A stretch of DNA of 64,000 nt from Diadema antillarum (taxonomy: Eukaryota), in NCBI RefSeq assembly GCF_040938485.1, contig NW_027271040.1, forward strand, positions 62,001 through 126,000, given 5' to 3'. Positions within the stretch are counted from its first letter, which is position 1. Each line of letters starts with the position of its first letter. This document shows positions 51,530 through 64,000 of the stretch, one piece after another. The notes below the pieces were generated by a model. The model made no database searches. It was not told where the DNA came from and saw only the letters and a list, made by a program, of their open reading frames with translations. The position numbers and the translations under genes are program-made.

Positions 51530-52570
51530 CCATATTTCCTCATCTCCCACCTCCTCCTCCTCCTAATCTTCATCATTTCTTACTTTCCCTCTTTGCCACA
51601 TCCCCCTACTACTATTCCTCTCCACTTTTTCCTCATTATCATCATCTCCTCCTTCCGCCTCCTAATTCTAATCCCTCCTCTTTCTCCTCTATCTAATCCT
51701 CATCTCCTCCTCCTACCCCTCTTCTACTTAATCTTTATCTCTTCCTGCTATTCCTTTCTGCCACATCCTCCTACTACTATTCCTCTCTACCTTCTACTCC
51801 TCCACCTAATCCAAATCTCCTCCTCCCTTCCTCCTCCTCTTCCTAATCCACATCTCCTTCTCCCCTCCTCCTCCTCCTCCATCTAATCTTCTATCTTCTC
51901 CTCCCACTAATCCTAAACCTCATCTCCCCCTTCTCCTAATCTTAATCTCTTCCTACTCTTCCTTTCTACCACATCCTCCTATTACTGTTCCTCTCCATCT
52001 TCTCCTCCACCTAATCCTTATCTCCTCTTCCTGCTCCTCCTAAACTTCATCTCCTCCTCCTCCTGCTCCTCCTCCTCCACCTCTTCCTAATCTTCATCTC
52101 TTCCTACTCTTCCTCTCTGCCACATCCTCCTATTACTTTTCCTTCCCACCTTCTTCTTCTCCTCCTAATCCTCATCCTCCTCCTAATCCTCATCCTCCTC
52201 CTCCTCCTCCTAATCCTCATCCCCTCCTCCCCTCCTCCTCCTAATCCCCATCCCTTCTCACTCTTCCTCTCTGCCACATCCTCCTACTACCATTCCTCTC
52301 CACCTTCTCCTCGTAATCCTAATCTCCTCCTCCTTCCTCCTCCTAATCCTAATCCCTCCTCTTCCTCCTCCACCTAATCCTCATCTCCTCCTCCTCCCCC
52401 TCTTCTACTTAATCTTTATCTCTTCCTGCTTTTCCTTTCTGCCACATCCTCCTCCTACTATTCCTCTCTACCTTCTACTCCTCCACCTAATCCAAATCTC
52501 CCCCTCCCTTCCTCCTCCTCTTCCTAATCCACATCTCCTTCTCCCCTCCTCCTTCTAATCTTCATCTTCT
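51530..52570. repeat. Pyrimidine-rich (C/T/A) minisatellite
   Basis: Six ccacatcc..cta(c/t)tac units about 150-210 bp apart, with cctaat subunits; G almost absent on +. Confidence 0.8.
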
Positions 52571-52810
52571 AAAACAAAGTAAAACAAGGCAATCTTAATA
52601 AAAGGTTCTCACCTTTTATTAGGATTGCTTTGTTTTTTGATATCTCGGCCAATTCAAAACCAATTTTCATCAAATAAACTTTGCATTCCTCTTAAAATTA
52701 TATGGTCTTTCATATTTCATAAGAGGTTTCTCATTTTCTCAAAAATTCATCATCAAAAGAAGTTGGAAACCTGAAGACTCATCTCAGCCTAAACTGTACT
52801 ATCCATTTAA
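52571..52810 (+). mobile_element. Kolobok-like MITE, family C (3' half)
   Basis: Palindromic core and right end; the 5' half is missing and the CT-rich minisatellite abuts instead. Confidence 0.65.
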
Positions 52811-52899
52811 CCCATTGAGGATGGACTGATTTTGCTATAACACGCATTTCCCATAGACATTTACCCGAGTGTTCTCGGGACTCGTCTTCAGTGGGTTAA
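52807..52899 (-). mobile_element. Mini piggyBac-like MITE, family A
   Basis: Reverse copy; its left TTAA is also the terminal TTAA of the adjacent family C remnant. Confidence 0.82.
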
Positions 52900-53304
52900 T
52901 TGAGGAGGGTATCCTGAAAGGTGTGAGAACATCATCATCAGGCCATGATTGAGATGTCAACCTGAAGATGGGATGGGATGAGAGTATGAGGAGAAGATGA
53001 CTTTGGTCTGCAGAGAGAGTAAAAGAATGAGATGGAGATGGAGAGGGGGAGAGAAAGGAGGAGGAGAAGGAGGGATAGTGGGGTGGGATGGGTACAAATG
53101 GGATGGGGGGGGGGGGGGGGTCAATTTGATTGGGGGAAGGCAGGACGACTGGCTCCCTGAATAATTGAGAGGCTTCTCAGCACCCATCTTGACCGGGCGG
53201 TGGTACCGCCCACGGAGGAAAAACCTATGGGAGGGAAGTTTGGGATGTGGCAAGGCATATTTGGGAGGACAGACAGAGGGGCAACTATCTTTGTTGTTGA
53301 GACA

Positions 53305-53554
53305 TACTGTATACGCCGAATATTTCGCAAGGTTTTTATTTTTCACGAATTTCACGAGTCAGGTGCTATTCACAAAGTTATAGACACGCAAAAATAATGA
53401 CTCTGATCCCAATATGAATGTGACGCACACGTTTACATTTCTCCGTTCAGTGCAGCACTCCATGATCGTGAATTTAACCACTCACGAAATCGCGAAAGTC
53501 CCAATTCATGAAAATTTTGACTCGCTAAATATACGGGCAATGGCATATACAGTA
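53305..53554. mobile_element. Tc2/pogo-like MITE
   Basis: TA-ctgtatacgcc...ggcatatacag-TA with (t)cgcgaaa-type subterminal motifs; matching end fragment at 16376-16435. Confidence 0.7.
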
Positions 53555-54785
53555 TTCAATTTAACACTTATATACAGGTAAAGTTGTCTTCATTCAAGAA
53601 CTGAGTGTCCTATGGATGTTGTGAGCATTATCGCGTGGATTTGAGAAGAATGATATTGCCATTTTGGGGGGTAAAGTTTTTCAAAAAAAGAGAATACCCC
53701 TTAGCTATTAATCTTAAGAATGTATGTTAACTGTTGAGCAGCCTCAAGATACAACATACATGAAGATTTAAACAAATATATGCAATTTAATCCACTCTAA
53801 ATTGCTGAAACTACAGGATATGCTCTTTCCATTCAAGAACACAAACCAATTCTAGCTTTACGTCTGAATTTAACCACGAAAGGTAGTGCAATTGAGTACT
53901 GGATTCATAGACTAATTTCTCATCATAAACATATTAACATTTCTATGCAAGGGCATAGTCCATCTCTGAAAAGGAAACAAAATATGTAAGAAATAAAATT
54001 CACATTAAGTCATATAAAGTATATAAGTCATATAAAACATAAATAGAGAACGAAAATGAGTACCGGTACCTCAAAGTTGCTATTCCTACTACAGATAAGA
54101 TTGTGCATCATTCAATTCTGTTTTGAACATTCTTTTTCCTTTTTTTTTGTCAATACGTGCATCTCGCCTGAAACTGAAACATGTCAAAGTTCTGGTATGA
54201 TCTGCGTGACATTATGTCAGACGGATAACAGTATCAAATTACAGCTGACTCTAAACTATTAAATCATTGCAGACAGCACAGTGCTCATAAATCAGTTTGC
54301 ATGTTGAGAATTGTCCAAATGAAATGAAACCTGATCTACTCTTACAAGTGGAAGTCTCTATGGTTCTAAACCCCAGGGAGTGCAATTCACTTCTCCGCGC
54401 GCTGCCAAGTGGCGGCGCTATGGCATCAAATCCTTCAGCATGTGTAAAAGAGAGTCGGTTTCAGCTTATGAGTTTTGAAGCCTGAGATTGGTCAAAACTG
54501 GTCTTGTGATCTTCGTGGAGCCATGTCGTTACCAAAGTGCACTCACACGCAGTACCTATTGTTAACTACCCTTTATTTGACTTGCTTTCACTATGACGTC
54601 TGAGCGTACTCGCTAACCCTCTAATGCGTAATATGCTGAGTAACGACATGGCGTCCAATTTAGCAGTTGTCCAGACTCTCTTATTATATATGGCACTGAA
54701 ATCCTTAAGCGTTATCGACACAACTGTATCCAAACCACAGGAGAGTATAATCTGCCTTTCCCTTTAGTCCTCTGCTCATGAGATA

Positions 54786-55011
54786 TACTGTATACGCTGT
54801 TATTTTCATGTACAGATATCTTTGCGAATGACGAGGCCATAGACATTTTCGCGAGATGTTGTTTTCGCGAATTGACGCCGATGCTTACGTTAATGCACTA
54901 TTCAACAGGGCACATGGAGACATTTTCGCGTGTTGTTAAATTCGCAAACCAACTGTGATTCGTGAAATTCACGAAAATTAAACCCTCGCGAAAATAACAG
55001 CTTATACAGTA
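54786..55011. mobile_element. Tc2/pogo-like MITE
   Basis: TA-ctgtatacgctgttatttt...aaaataacagcttatacag-TA. Confidence 0.75.
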
Positions 55012-55816
55012 CAGCCTTTCCAATATTTGGCCCTCCATGCACATACAGCAAATAAAAAGATAGTGATGCTTTAGGAGGGAAAAAAAATGGAGCTCAGAGG
55101 TATAATCTTATTCAAATGGACATGCATGCTTACCATATGATATATTTAACTTTAGTGGGAACCTTCCCCTACCTAAATCTACATTACCCATAAAACCCAA
55201 GCCATAATTAATTTTTCAAGGTTACACCACAATGTTCGTACCATCACTAATGTCTGCTGCATGTATGAGCACCCTGTATGTCTGTTAGCATGCTTGCATA
55301 CTTTGCAGTGATATCAGCTTTGAAGAAGCTCAAATATTTTAACACTTTCCAACCTTTCCAAAATTAAATGGTGCCATCTGAGAAATGCTGGGGCCTGGGC
55401 TTACCATGGACCACAAGAGATTTGGGGTGTATTTGTCAACTCACTTTTAGCACAGAATTAAGGTTACCAAACAACTTTGAGGGAAATTGCGGGGGAGGGG
55501 GGGGGGGTGGGGGACAGATGATAAATGCAAAGCTGTTTCGATTATGGGGTTAGAAACGCCTTTCTGAAATGCCCAAAACAAAAGTGCAATCACAAATGCG
55601 TGTGAGCCAGAAATGCGTTTCTGTGGAGATGATAAATGCAAAGTCATTTCAAAATGCATTTTTAGCTCCGACCTGCCAATGCCAACCATCGCAAACTACA
55701 CATCTCCGCTCCTCAGGTCAAATGGTGTAATAGCGCTGCACAGTGACAAGTCCATCCTCTGGACTCATGACACACAATAATTCCAGAAGCACAATCCCAA
55801 AGCCCTTTGCCATTGC

Positions 55817-56206
55817 TTAAAGGGATGGTACAGTATTGGTGGAGATGAGAATTTGGCTTTTAACTTTTTATGAGATACCAAGAAAACACTTATGAAATAG
55901 TACAGAGCATACCATTTTATGAGGAATTCAAAGTTTATTCGATGAAAATCGGGTTTGGAATGACTGAAACATCCAAAAACAAAGTAAAACCAAGCCATTG
56001 TAATAAAAGGTGGGTCCCACACTTTATTAGGATCGCTCTGTTTTGGATATCTCAGCCATTTCAAAACCAATTTTCATCAAATAAACGTTGAATTCCTCAT
56101 GGAATTACATGCTCTTTCATATTTCATATGAGGTTCCTCATCATCTCACCAAAAAATTTTAAAAACCTGAAATTAGGTCTCAACCAAAACTATACGATCC
56201 CTTTAA
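55817..56206 (+). mobile_element. Kolobok-like MITE, family C
   Basis: TTAA-agggatggta...tacgatccct-TTAA with an internal palindromic core. Confidence 0.82.
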
Positions 56207-56396
56207 CACTGGTATCGGTCCAATAGTGGCCATCAACAGCCCTTTGCTCTGCATCAGAGAGGTTAACATGGTCCACAATGCAGTTGATTCCTATATACTC
56301 AACAACTATGACAGTGAAATCAACCATCCCAGTACTTTATTAACAACTCGCTGCCCGGCCCTTGAGCCAGCTGATTTTGGGGTTGTGACTATAGCC

Positions 56397-56692
56397 TACT
56401 TTCTAAAAAAAATTGAGTGAAAATATTCACTCTTCAAGGAGTGAATACAAAAAAGAGTGAATTTAGAGTGAAATTAGAGTGAATTTTGAGTGAAAATGTT
56501 CATTTTCACTCATTTTGGAGTGACCTCAAGGATCACTCGAAGATTATGGAGTGATCCCTGAGGTCACTCTAAAACTAGTGAAAATGAACATTTTCACTCA
56601 AAATTCACTCCAATTTCACTCTAAATTCACTCTTTTTTTGTATTCACTCCTTTAAGAGTGAATATTTTCACTCGATTTTTTTTTATAGAGTA
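56397..56692. mobile_element. Near-perfect 296-bp palindromic MITE with gagtga/tcactc repeats
   Basis: The left half is the reverse complement of the right half, centred on gagtgacctcaaggatcactc...gagtgatccctgaggtcactc. Confidence 0.75.
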
Positions 56693-59600
56693 TATATGGC
56701 CGGGCATGTAGACATCACTGGACATCAAGCAGGCATCGCCCAGATGCACGTCTGTTTTAAAATTGCCGGCCGGTGACTGACCAATCTCCCAGCAACAACC
56801 AGACAGCGACCGCTCAGCAGTTATTTACCTAGCGACTTAGAATTTTTACCTATATCACTTCAAAGGTGATCGCTCGATAGGTACAAAGGTAGTCTCTACT
56901 CAGGCGTGCATTTTGGGTAGCGAGTGCAAAGTGGGTTTACAAGGCCCGCCAAAATTTCAACCTCCATGGTAAAACTTCAGCGGTGACTGAGTGATGCCCT
57001 TAAAAACAGCAATGCCCATGTGAAATTGGCTAAAAACCCACCACCTAACCATAGAGCAGGCTGAATTCTTGGGTTGACACCACAGCCTTAAAGGCAAACC
57101 AGACCACACATATATTCATTCAAAAGTGAATACATGTCTACAATGTACACATACACAAATGTAGGATATAGCGAATCAGTAGATTTATGTTTTATCTGTG
57201 TGAAGCAAAACAAAAAACATAAAATTGTTTCAGCGAATGCACTTTCAAACTTCAAATGTCGGCAGAATCTGCTTTGAAGTTTAGGGTTCTAATCAATAAA
57301 CTTCAGTCAATGTTTGTGATGCATGCACACTATAAAAGTCATCCATAGCATATCATTAAAGCTTAGATATCAAATTGTAATTCATTTTGTATAGCAACTG
57401 GAGTTGAGTACTAGTTATGTAACATATCAATATCAATATTCAGTATTTTAAAAAAAATCAGTGATGATCACGTTCGTTGAATAGGATGAGCAAGCGCAGA
57501 TGCAGACAGAAATAGATTTGACATTCGACAGGTGTATGGACACCATTAAATACCCAAGCCACACCTGTAAATAAGTATCATCGTTCTGCCTGATAGACAA
57601 CAGATGCGATTGAATGCAGAAAACATTTTTAAGGGCTGAGTGCAATTTTGAACTTTTATGAAAGTCACATTATCTGCATAAATTTATATCGCATGGAATC
57701 ACGCCCACACTTTGAGAGAAAAAAATATCAAGCTACCTACTCTACATACCATCATGAAGCTACTGTAAAATTTAATGTTTCACATTTTACTACAGCTCAC
57801 AAAATTGTCCAAGGCTTTAATGTGCCTACTGCTGAAAGTTAATATGCTTGAACAGTTGAAAGCTCATATACTTTAAGTGCAATATCTTTTACATGCATCA
57901 CTGCTTTATGTCTTTTTAAACTCTCTCCGTGTGCAATTTGGAAAGCTGATATTTTCGTCTCTCGTATAAATGAAGCTGTCCAGATATGGAGAATGTGTGC
58001 CCACCCAACTCCACTGAATCAGTGAAGTCTTCAAAATAGATTCTGGGCATGGTCTTTCTTGTGGGGGGGGGGGGGGGCGGGGGGACGGACAACAATGGAG
58101 CCAATGTGTTGAACACTATGACAGTGTCACCTACATTGTATGGGATATTTGTCACTAACATTTATCAATCTTTTTTACTTTCAAAATAATTGATCAAGTC
58201 TGGATGAAAACTTTGCCCAAAACCAGGGCATAATGGGTCATTTAACTTCCCATTTTAGCACAGCAAGTCCCGGAAACAAAAGTATACTGCGGTGTCTTTC
58301 TGTAGATATTTTCATCATTAATTGGTGTTTCTTCAGGTGGCTTAATGCATTCTCATTGATTCCAGATCTTTGTTATTCATATGCTATTGTTTGTTTTGCT
58401 TGCAGTATTTTCACAAGCCTCATTGTAACCCCTGAATTTTAGTTATTCTTAAATCAGCAACACAGCTTTACAGAAGATGTGAAGTTAGTATCTCATTGGG
58501 CTGGAGACTATAGTCGCTAACCTGGAGGCGACTCAAGTCTCCATGGTCACCGAGACGTTTCTGCGACGTCTCCCAGAATCTAGCCAAGTCTGCAGTGAGT
58601 CTCCGAAGAATCAAACATGTTCAAGTTCTTCAGAGATTTTTCCCAGTTTCCACGTAGTCTCGGATACATCTCCTTGCGACATCTCCTTTAACAGGCACAG
58701 CCAAGTCGAAGAGACTAATTTTCTTTGTGAGGTCTGCAAGACGTCTCCGCGACCACTTTGTGGAGACTCACTGGGGATCTACTCATGATGGCTCCACAAC
58801 TGAGCAGTCATCTCGGAGACAACAGATGGACCATGTCTGATAGTTTCATGGGATTTCAAAGCCACTCATAGCATAAAAGAAAATAATTTTGCCTCACATA
58901 TACATCAAGTACGGAGTATCATATGTTTGTTTTCACTCCAGCTCCCCCCCCCCCCATACCCAGATGTGAGACCGTGAGGCAAGCTAGCAAAATATTGTTA
59001 CAGACAGTAAATTTTGGTAAATGTAGACATTGCTGTACAGATGAATAGTGGTTAATATTGCAGTTCTTTTTTCTTTATATGGTGTCACTGTTGGAAAGAA
59101 TATATTGTGTAACTCTAAGAGACCTTTTAAACTGCACATCCCATCATTCTATTCTCTATGTGTTCTCCCTGCAGACTGGAAAAAATGGTCTTTCTAATAT
59201 CCCTTTCACTTCAGAGTCCCCCAAAACATGGCACAACCTTTGAGAGTCGTGCCATGTTTACCCCAGACGATGGGGACTCTAAACGGTCATGGTGCAAAGC
59301 CCAAAACACGAGTATGAGGTGAGTCTGGAGAAGTGTGAGGTAAAGAACATGCCAGACAGCCTAGCAGAGTGCGAAAGCTGTGCTAGACTTGCACTAGGTG
59401 AGGGGACTCTAAACAGTCTCGGGTGAACACGGCACACACTTCCAGCGACCCACACTATTCGGTGCGGAGTGCGCGTATGTGCGCACAAGAAACTGCCCGT
59501 CTCTCTCGAGGAGAAATGCCCGCCCACTGGTTTCCATAGAAACATATCCACCTTGTATCTGCAATTTTGGTGAAAATCACTTTTTTGGATTAATGGTCCA

Positions 59601-60725
59601 AATTCCAACTGTCGTACTCCAAAAATGAAGCCACCATGGCATGTCAAAGGAAAGACTATCCCATTTGCCACAGTGCTTTGGCCGCCATGTTTTTTGGCTC
59701 TCCTGAACATTCGACATTTTGTAGATACGAGGTCTTGTCGCCCCAGCGACAATATGCCAATTTCGTACTAGATGACCAGGGGACTCTAAACGGGGGTCTC
59801 TCTCACCCCCGCTGGGTTTTCAGTAATAAAAAAATGCTCATTTTCATTTGGCATGTCCTTTTGATGTCCTCCTGAGGTCCTCCTAGACATGGGGACTCTT
59901 AACGGGATATAAGATTGTAATGGTGTCATTTAAAATTTTGCAGGATACTTCAAAATACATAAGCTGGAGATACAATGATGCAATCTTCACCCCTTCTGCC
60001 AATGTTACTTCATATTCGCTTCATTTTCTTCACTGTTGGCTATACATAGGTGAATGATGAATGTCACATTTTGCACACAAGCTCTCAAATTTTAAAGTAT
60101 CCCAACTCTCCTCGATCTGTTTGATATGAAGGAATACCACTGCATGACCTGCTCCAGAACAAAACAAAAATCTATGCCGGAAGAAGAAAATGGATAGACT
60201 GAAAAAATAAAAAACTAGTCCTGCTTAGACTAATCTGATATCAATGACTCTCAGCATACGTCTCCCATTTCCTTCATCTACACGGAAGGACATATCACGC
60301 TCTAAATCTGAGAAAACAACAAGGGACTCTCTCCTACCAGCAAGAAGTTTATACTTAAGGGTAATTAATACAGTGAAGTGGATTCCTTTACACGCTTGAA
60401 ATCTGTTGTTGTGGGTAGGACACATTTGGTCCTTTTATTTTTTTAATTAGAACTAGCCCCATTTTTGTTTGGTTTATTTGATTGTTTTTGTTTCATGTCA
60501 TGAACAGCATAAGTAAATCATAATTGGGATTATCACTCGACTAAATGGCCGCTTCCAGTGGGATAGATATTGGATGTGGTATTGGTATGTAAGAGGAAAT
60601 GTTGGGTAAAGTAATCAAATATTGGACCGGTCGCCTGGCACCACTCACTGTGAGGTGTTGCTGGCGGTCCCGGTCCATGTGACAACTTATACAAAGCATC
60701 AAGGGATCTACAATATCACACATAC

Positions 60726-61417
60726 GGTGTGTTTATGCTCAATTTGTGAAGACAGAATCGGCGCTTTGAAACGCTGATTCAAAACACTCAATTTAAAACA
60801 CCGTTCGTGGGAGCACTGTTTATGCTCACTTTCTTTGAGCCTTGGAAAGAGCGTTTATGATTGCTTTGTTGACCTCAACAGAGGCAGGTCAAATTGGGGC
60901 GTGTGCTTTTTTGGAAATTCTGGCCCGAGTGCATGCACTGTTCACGTTTCGACTGGCCACGTGTTTTAATTGCATGTCTAAAATACAGGATAACATCATT
61001 TTGATGATTCTAGTAGAAACACGAGTACTTATTTTATTGACAAAATTTGTCTGTGTACATGCAGTATACAACATGTTCAGTATATGTACCAACAGGGAGC
61101 TCGCAGGATTAACACGGTCTGCAGATTGTTCATTGCGTAGTACAGTTATCAAAAGGTCGGCTCGCCTGGCGTGCGCATTTTCATGAGAACCGGAAAGGCG
61201 ATGGAGATGACATCATTTAAATGCGTATGTGATGTGATTTGCGTTTATGCTTCCCCATGAAACGTTATTAGTCACAAACACCAATCGTAAATGCATATTT
61301 TTGTGCATTTTGAAACTACGTTTTGAAAAAAAGTGAGAAAGGACGCAACCGTGTTTTGAATTAAACGTGTATCAAAATGCTAATTTTGACCCAAAAAGGG
61401 GAAGTATAAACACAGCC
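60726..61417. mobile_element. Possible Harbinger-like non-autonomous element
   Basis: ggtgtgtttatgc...gtataaacacagcc imperfect termini; interior relatively CpG-rich. Confidence 0.4.
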
Positions 61418-61562
61418 ATAGGGGCACACATAGACAGGAAAGAAACAAAACAACAACAACAAACACACACACACACACATTAGTAAGAATGGCAGCAAAG
61501 TTAATGGTGAAGTCACATGACTGGTTTTGTAAGCAGAAGCAGTTGTAGCATATGAAAACATA

Positions 61563-61951
61563 TGAAAGGGATGGTATAGTTTTGGTTGAGACTTGTTTCC
61601 TAATAACTAGAAAATTCTTATGAAATTGGAAAGATCACGCAATTCTAACAGGAATTCAGAGTTTATTTGATGAAAATTGGTTTTGAAATTTCTGAGATAT
61701 CCAAAGACAAAGTAAAACAAAGTGGTCCTGATAGAAAGTGGGTCCCACCTTTAATTGGGACATCTTTGTTTTTGGATATCTCAGCCCTTTCAAAACCAAT
61801 TTTCATCAAACAAACTTTGAATTCCTCATAGAATTGTGAAATGTTCTTTCATATTTCATAAGAGGTTTATCATTATTTCACCCAAAAAAAAAGTTGTAAA
61901 AAAGTTAGAAACCTAAAGCCCCATCCCAACCAAAATATACCATCCCTTTAA
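61563..61951 (+). mobile_element. Kolobok-like MITE, family C
   Basis: agggatggtatagttttggttgag...caaccaaaatataccatccct-TTAA. Confidence 0.82.
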
Positions 61952-63523
61952 AGCTAGTTGTAGATATACAAGTGATACTGGAAATGGCAGAAGCACTACA
62001 AGTATGCATAATAGCAGCAACAGTTGCAGCAATCCTTGAAAAAGGAGGTGTATAGAAATCTGGTACCACAAAGTGGTAAAAGCAGTCGTGCTTGCAGTAG
62101 ATCAAGGGCAATTCCGCAAAAAAAATGTTACTTTTCCTAAATATCATAAGTCTGCAATAATTTGAAACATATGTGAACTACAGAGAAAGATTTAGTTTCA
62201 AATGCTAGAACTTGTCAAGTTCTTTCATTTGAGTGTTATTTTGATACGATTGAAGTGCATTTTGATACAATTGCAGTGCATTTAGGCATTCTCTTCTTCA
62301 AAAAGCCCATTTTGGGGCAAAATTGTTGATAATTTTTATAAGAACACAAATCTTTGACTCTCATTATTCCATATTCATGAACACATCAGTATTATTTCAA
62401 AGTAGTTTATGATTATTAAAGAATGAACGAAAAAAAAACCCCACTAATATTAGCCTTGTCTTAGATATGAACCTGTGGAGTAAATGCTGAATGTGTTGTA
62501 CATACAATCATCAATCTACAACTAGGCTAGATTCTATAGTAACCGCATGCACACTATTCCGAATGACTCACAAAAGAGATGTGCATCATCTGTCTTTTAA
62601 AAAGGGGGGACAATTTTTCTTGCCAGAAATCCTTTTTTTTTTTTTTTAATTACGTTACCTGATGGCAAATTCGCTGGATGCATTTCCTTTTGGCTTGCCA
62701 TAGACGAAAACCATGCATCGAGCAGAAAGGCATCTCTCACTGAGTGTGTGAACGCTTGCTAAGTGCGCGAACCTTTGCTACAAGAGCGCAATGACATGTT
62801 TACAGTGGCCATCCTCTGTGAGGCAGTGTGCAGCCAGTAAAAATCACACACAGCTTTCGACCAATGAGATCGTAGGATTTCTGCTACCCATTCTCTAACG
62901 TTATCTGAGGTTGTCAGATAACTTTGAATGATGATAATGATAACAAGGGTAATGATTACAGAAGTGTGGGTACTTACAGCTGCATCAAGTCTAATTTCTG
63001 AAAATCGGGACTTCCCAACAATTTCATGAGTGGTTGAATTTGCAATCATGCAGTACAGCAATGGATGAAGAAATTTATGCAAGCACGTCACATTGATGTT
63101 AGGACCAGAAAGAATAATTTCAGATAGATTTAAAACTTGCAATAGTACCTGAATCACTAAATTTGTGAAAATTGAAACCCTGCATTTGTATGCTGTATAC
63201 AGAAGTTGGCTTTGTTTGAAGAAAAAAATAAACTATGTGACCAGAATAGCAGAAGCTTTATTCACAATTGCAACTGAAATACAAAAGTTGTGGATTGTTA
63301 AAGTTACACACATTTTCACAAAAACAAAACAAAACAATAATAATATTAACATGAGAGTCAAGCACACACGCCAATTAGAAGAGGCAATACCTACCAATCT
63401 ACCAACTGGCCTACATAAAGAAGTCTTGACAGCATTCATGTCATTACTATTCATTAAACATGAAATCTTAAACACAGGTAAACTTGTATTTTTTCACATT
63501 AGATTATTGTTAGGTGCAAAAGC

Positions 63524-63616
63524 TTAACCCGTTGAGGATGGACTGATTTTGCTACAACATGCATTTCCCATAGACACCTGCCCGAGTATACTCGGGACTC
63601 GTCCTCGATGGGTTAA
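63524..63616 (-). mobile_element. Mini piggyBac-like MITE, family A
   Basis: TTAA-cccgttgagga...tcctcgatggg-TTAA. Confidence 0.85.
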
Positions 63617-64000
63617 CACTGATGACAGCAGGGGCAATGGTAGTTGCAGTTACAAAATCAATGACCAAAAAATATGATTCTAAAAGTTATCTTCTTACAC
63701 AAGCCAAAGGGGAAAGATTGTGTGGACAATATAATCACCTACAGTAAAGTGCATTGTAAGGTTGCAACCATAACTGCTATTCAGTGAGGAGATGTGATAT
63801 CTTTAAATCATTTTGGAATTTCCTTACTTCTTTTTTGTCCAATTCGATTACATTTTTTGTCCATTCTATTCGACTGATTTTATTCTGTCCATCAACGTCA
63901 TATTTCACATGGTGTAGGATTGCGCTTTTAAAGCCTAATTACCCTCAGTGTGGAGTTTTATGGTAGCTTGCTATTTGGCGAATCTTCAACAAACACTCAT

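Noticed and set aside
59272-59905. CRISPR-like interpretation of the repeat-spacer pattern
   Set aside because: Eukaryotic context, 15-bp repeats, long irregular spacers and no cas genes.

Overview
AT-rich invertebrate animal genomic DNA with spliceosomal introns, microsatellites and three N gaps; echinoderm/sea-urchin-like is a guess. It holds: (1) the terminal coding exon of a Gfi1/Senseless C2H2 zinc-finger gene on + (3745-4058); (2) a convergent terminal exon on - (15803-15977) that resembles the RPAP2 C-terminus, the same tail-to-tail pair as human RPAP2-GFI1. I found no further RPAP2 exon by eye, so most of 16-64 kb is probably one very large intron with enhancer-like islands; (3) an intact, young 5.9-kb Ty3/Gypsy (Mag-like) LTR retrotransposon (38667-44560, -). 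It has identical 228-bp LTRs, a 5-bp TSD, TG...TA ends, an ISDD RT motif and an unexplained 1.4-kb 3' tail; (4) many short non-autonomous DNA transposons (piggyBac-like, Kolobok-like, Tc1/pogo-like, Harbinger-like), several nested or stacked at shared TTAA sites; (5) an unexplained motif array at 59.2-59.9 kb. I found no clearly new protein-coding system. All gene names and family assignments come from visual motif recognition and recalled sequences, not database searches.
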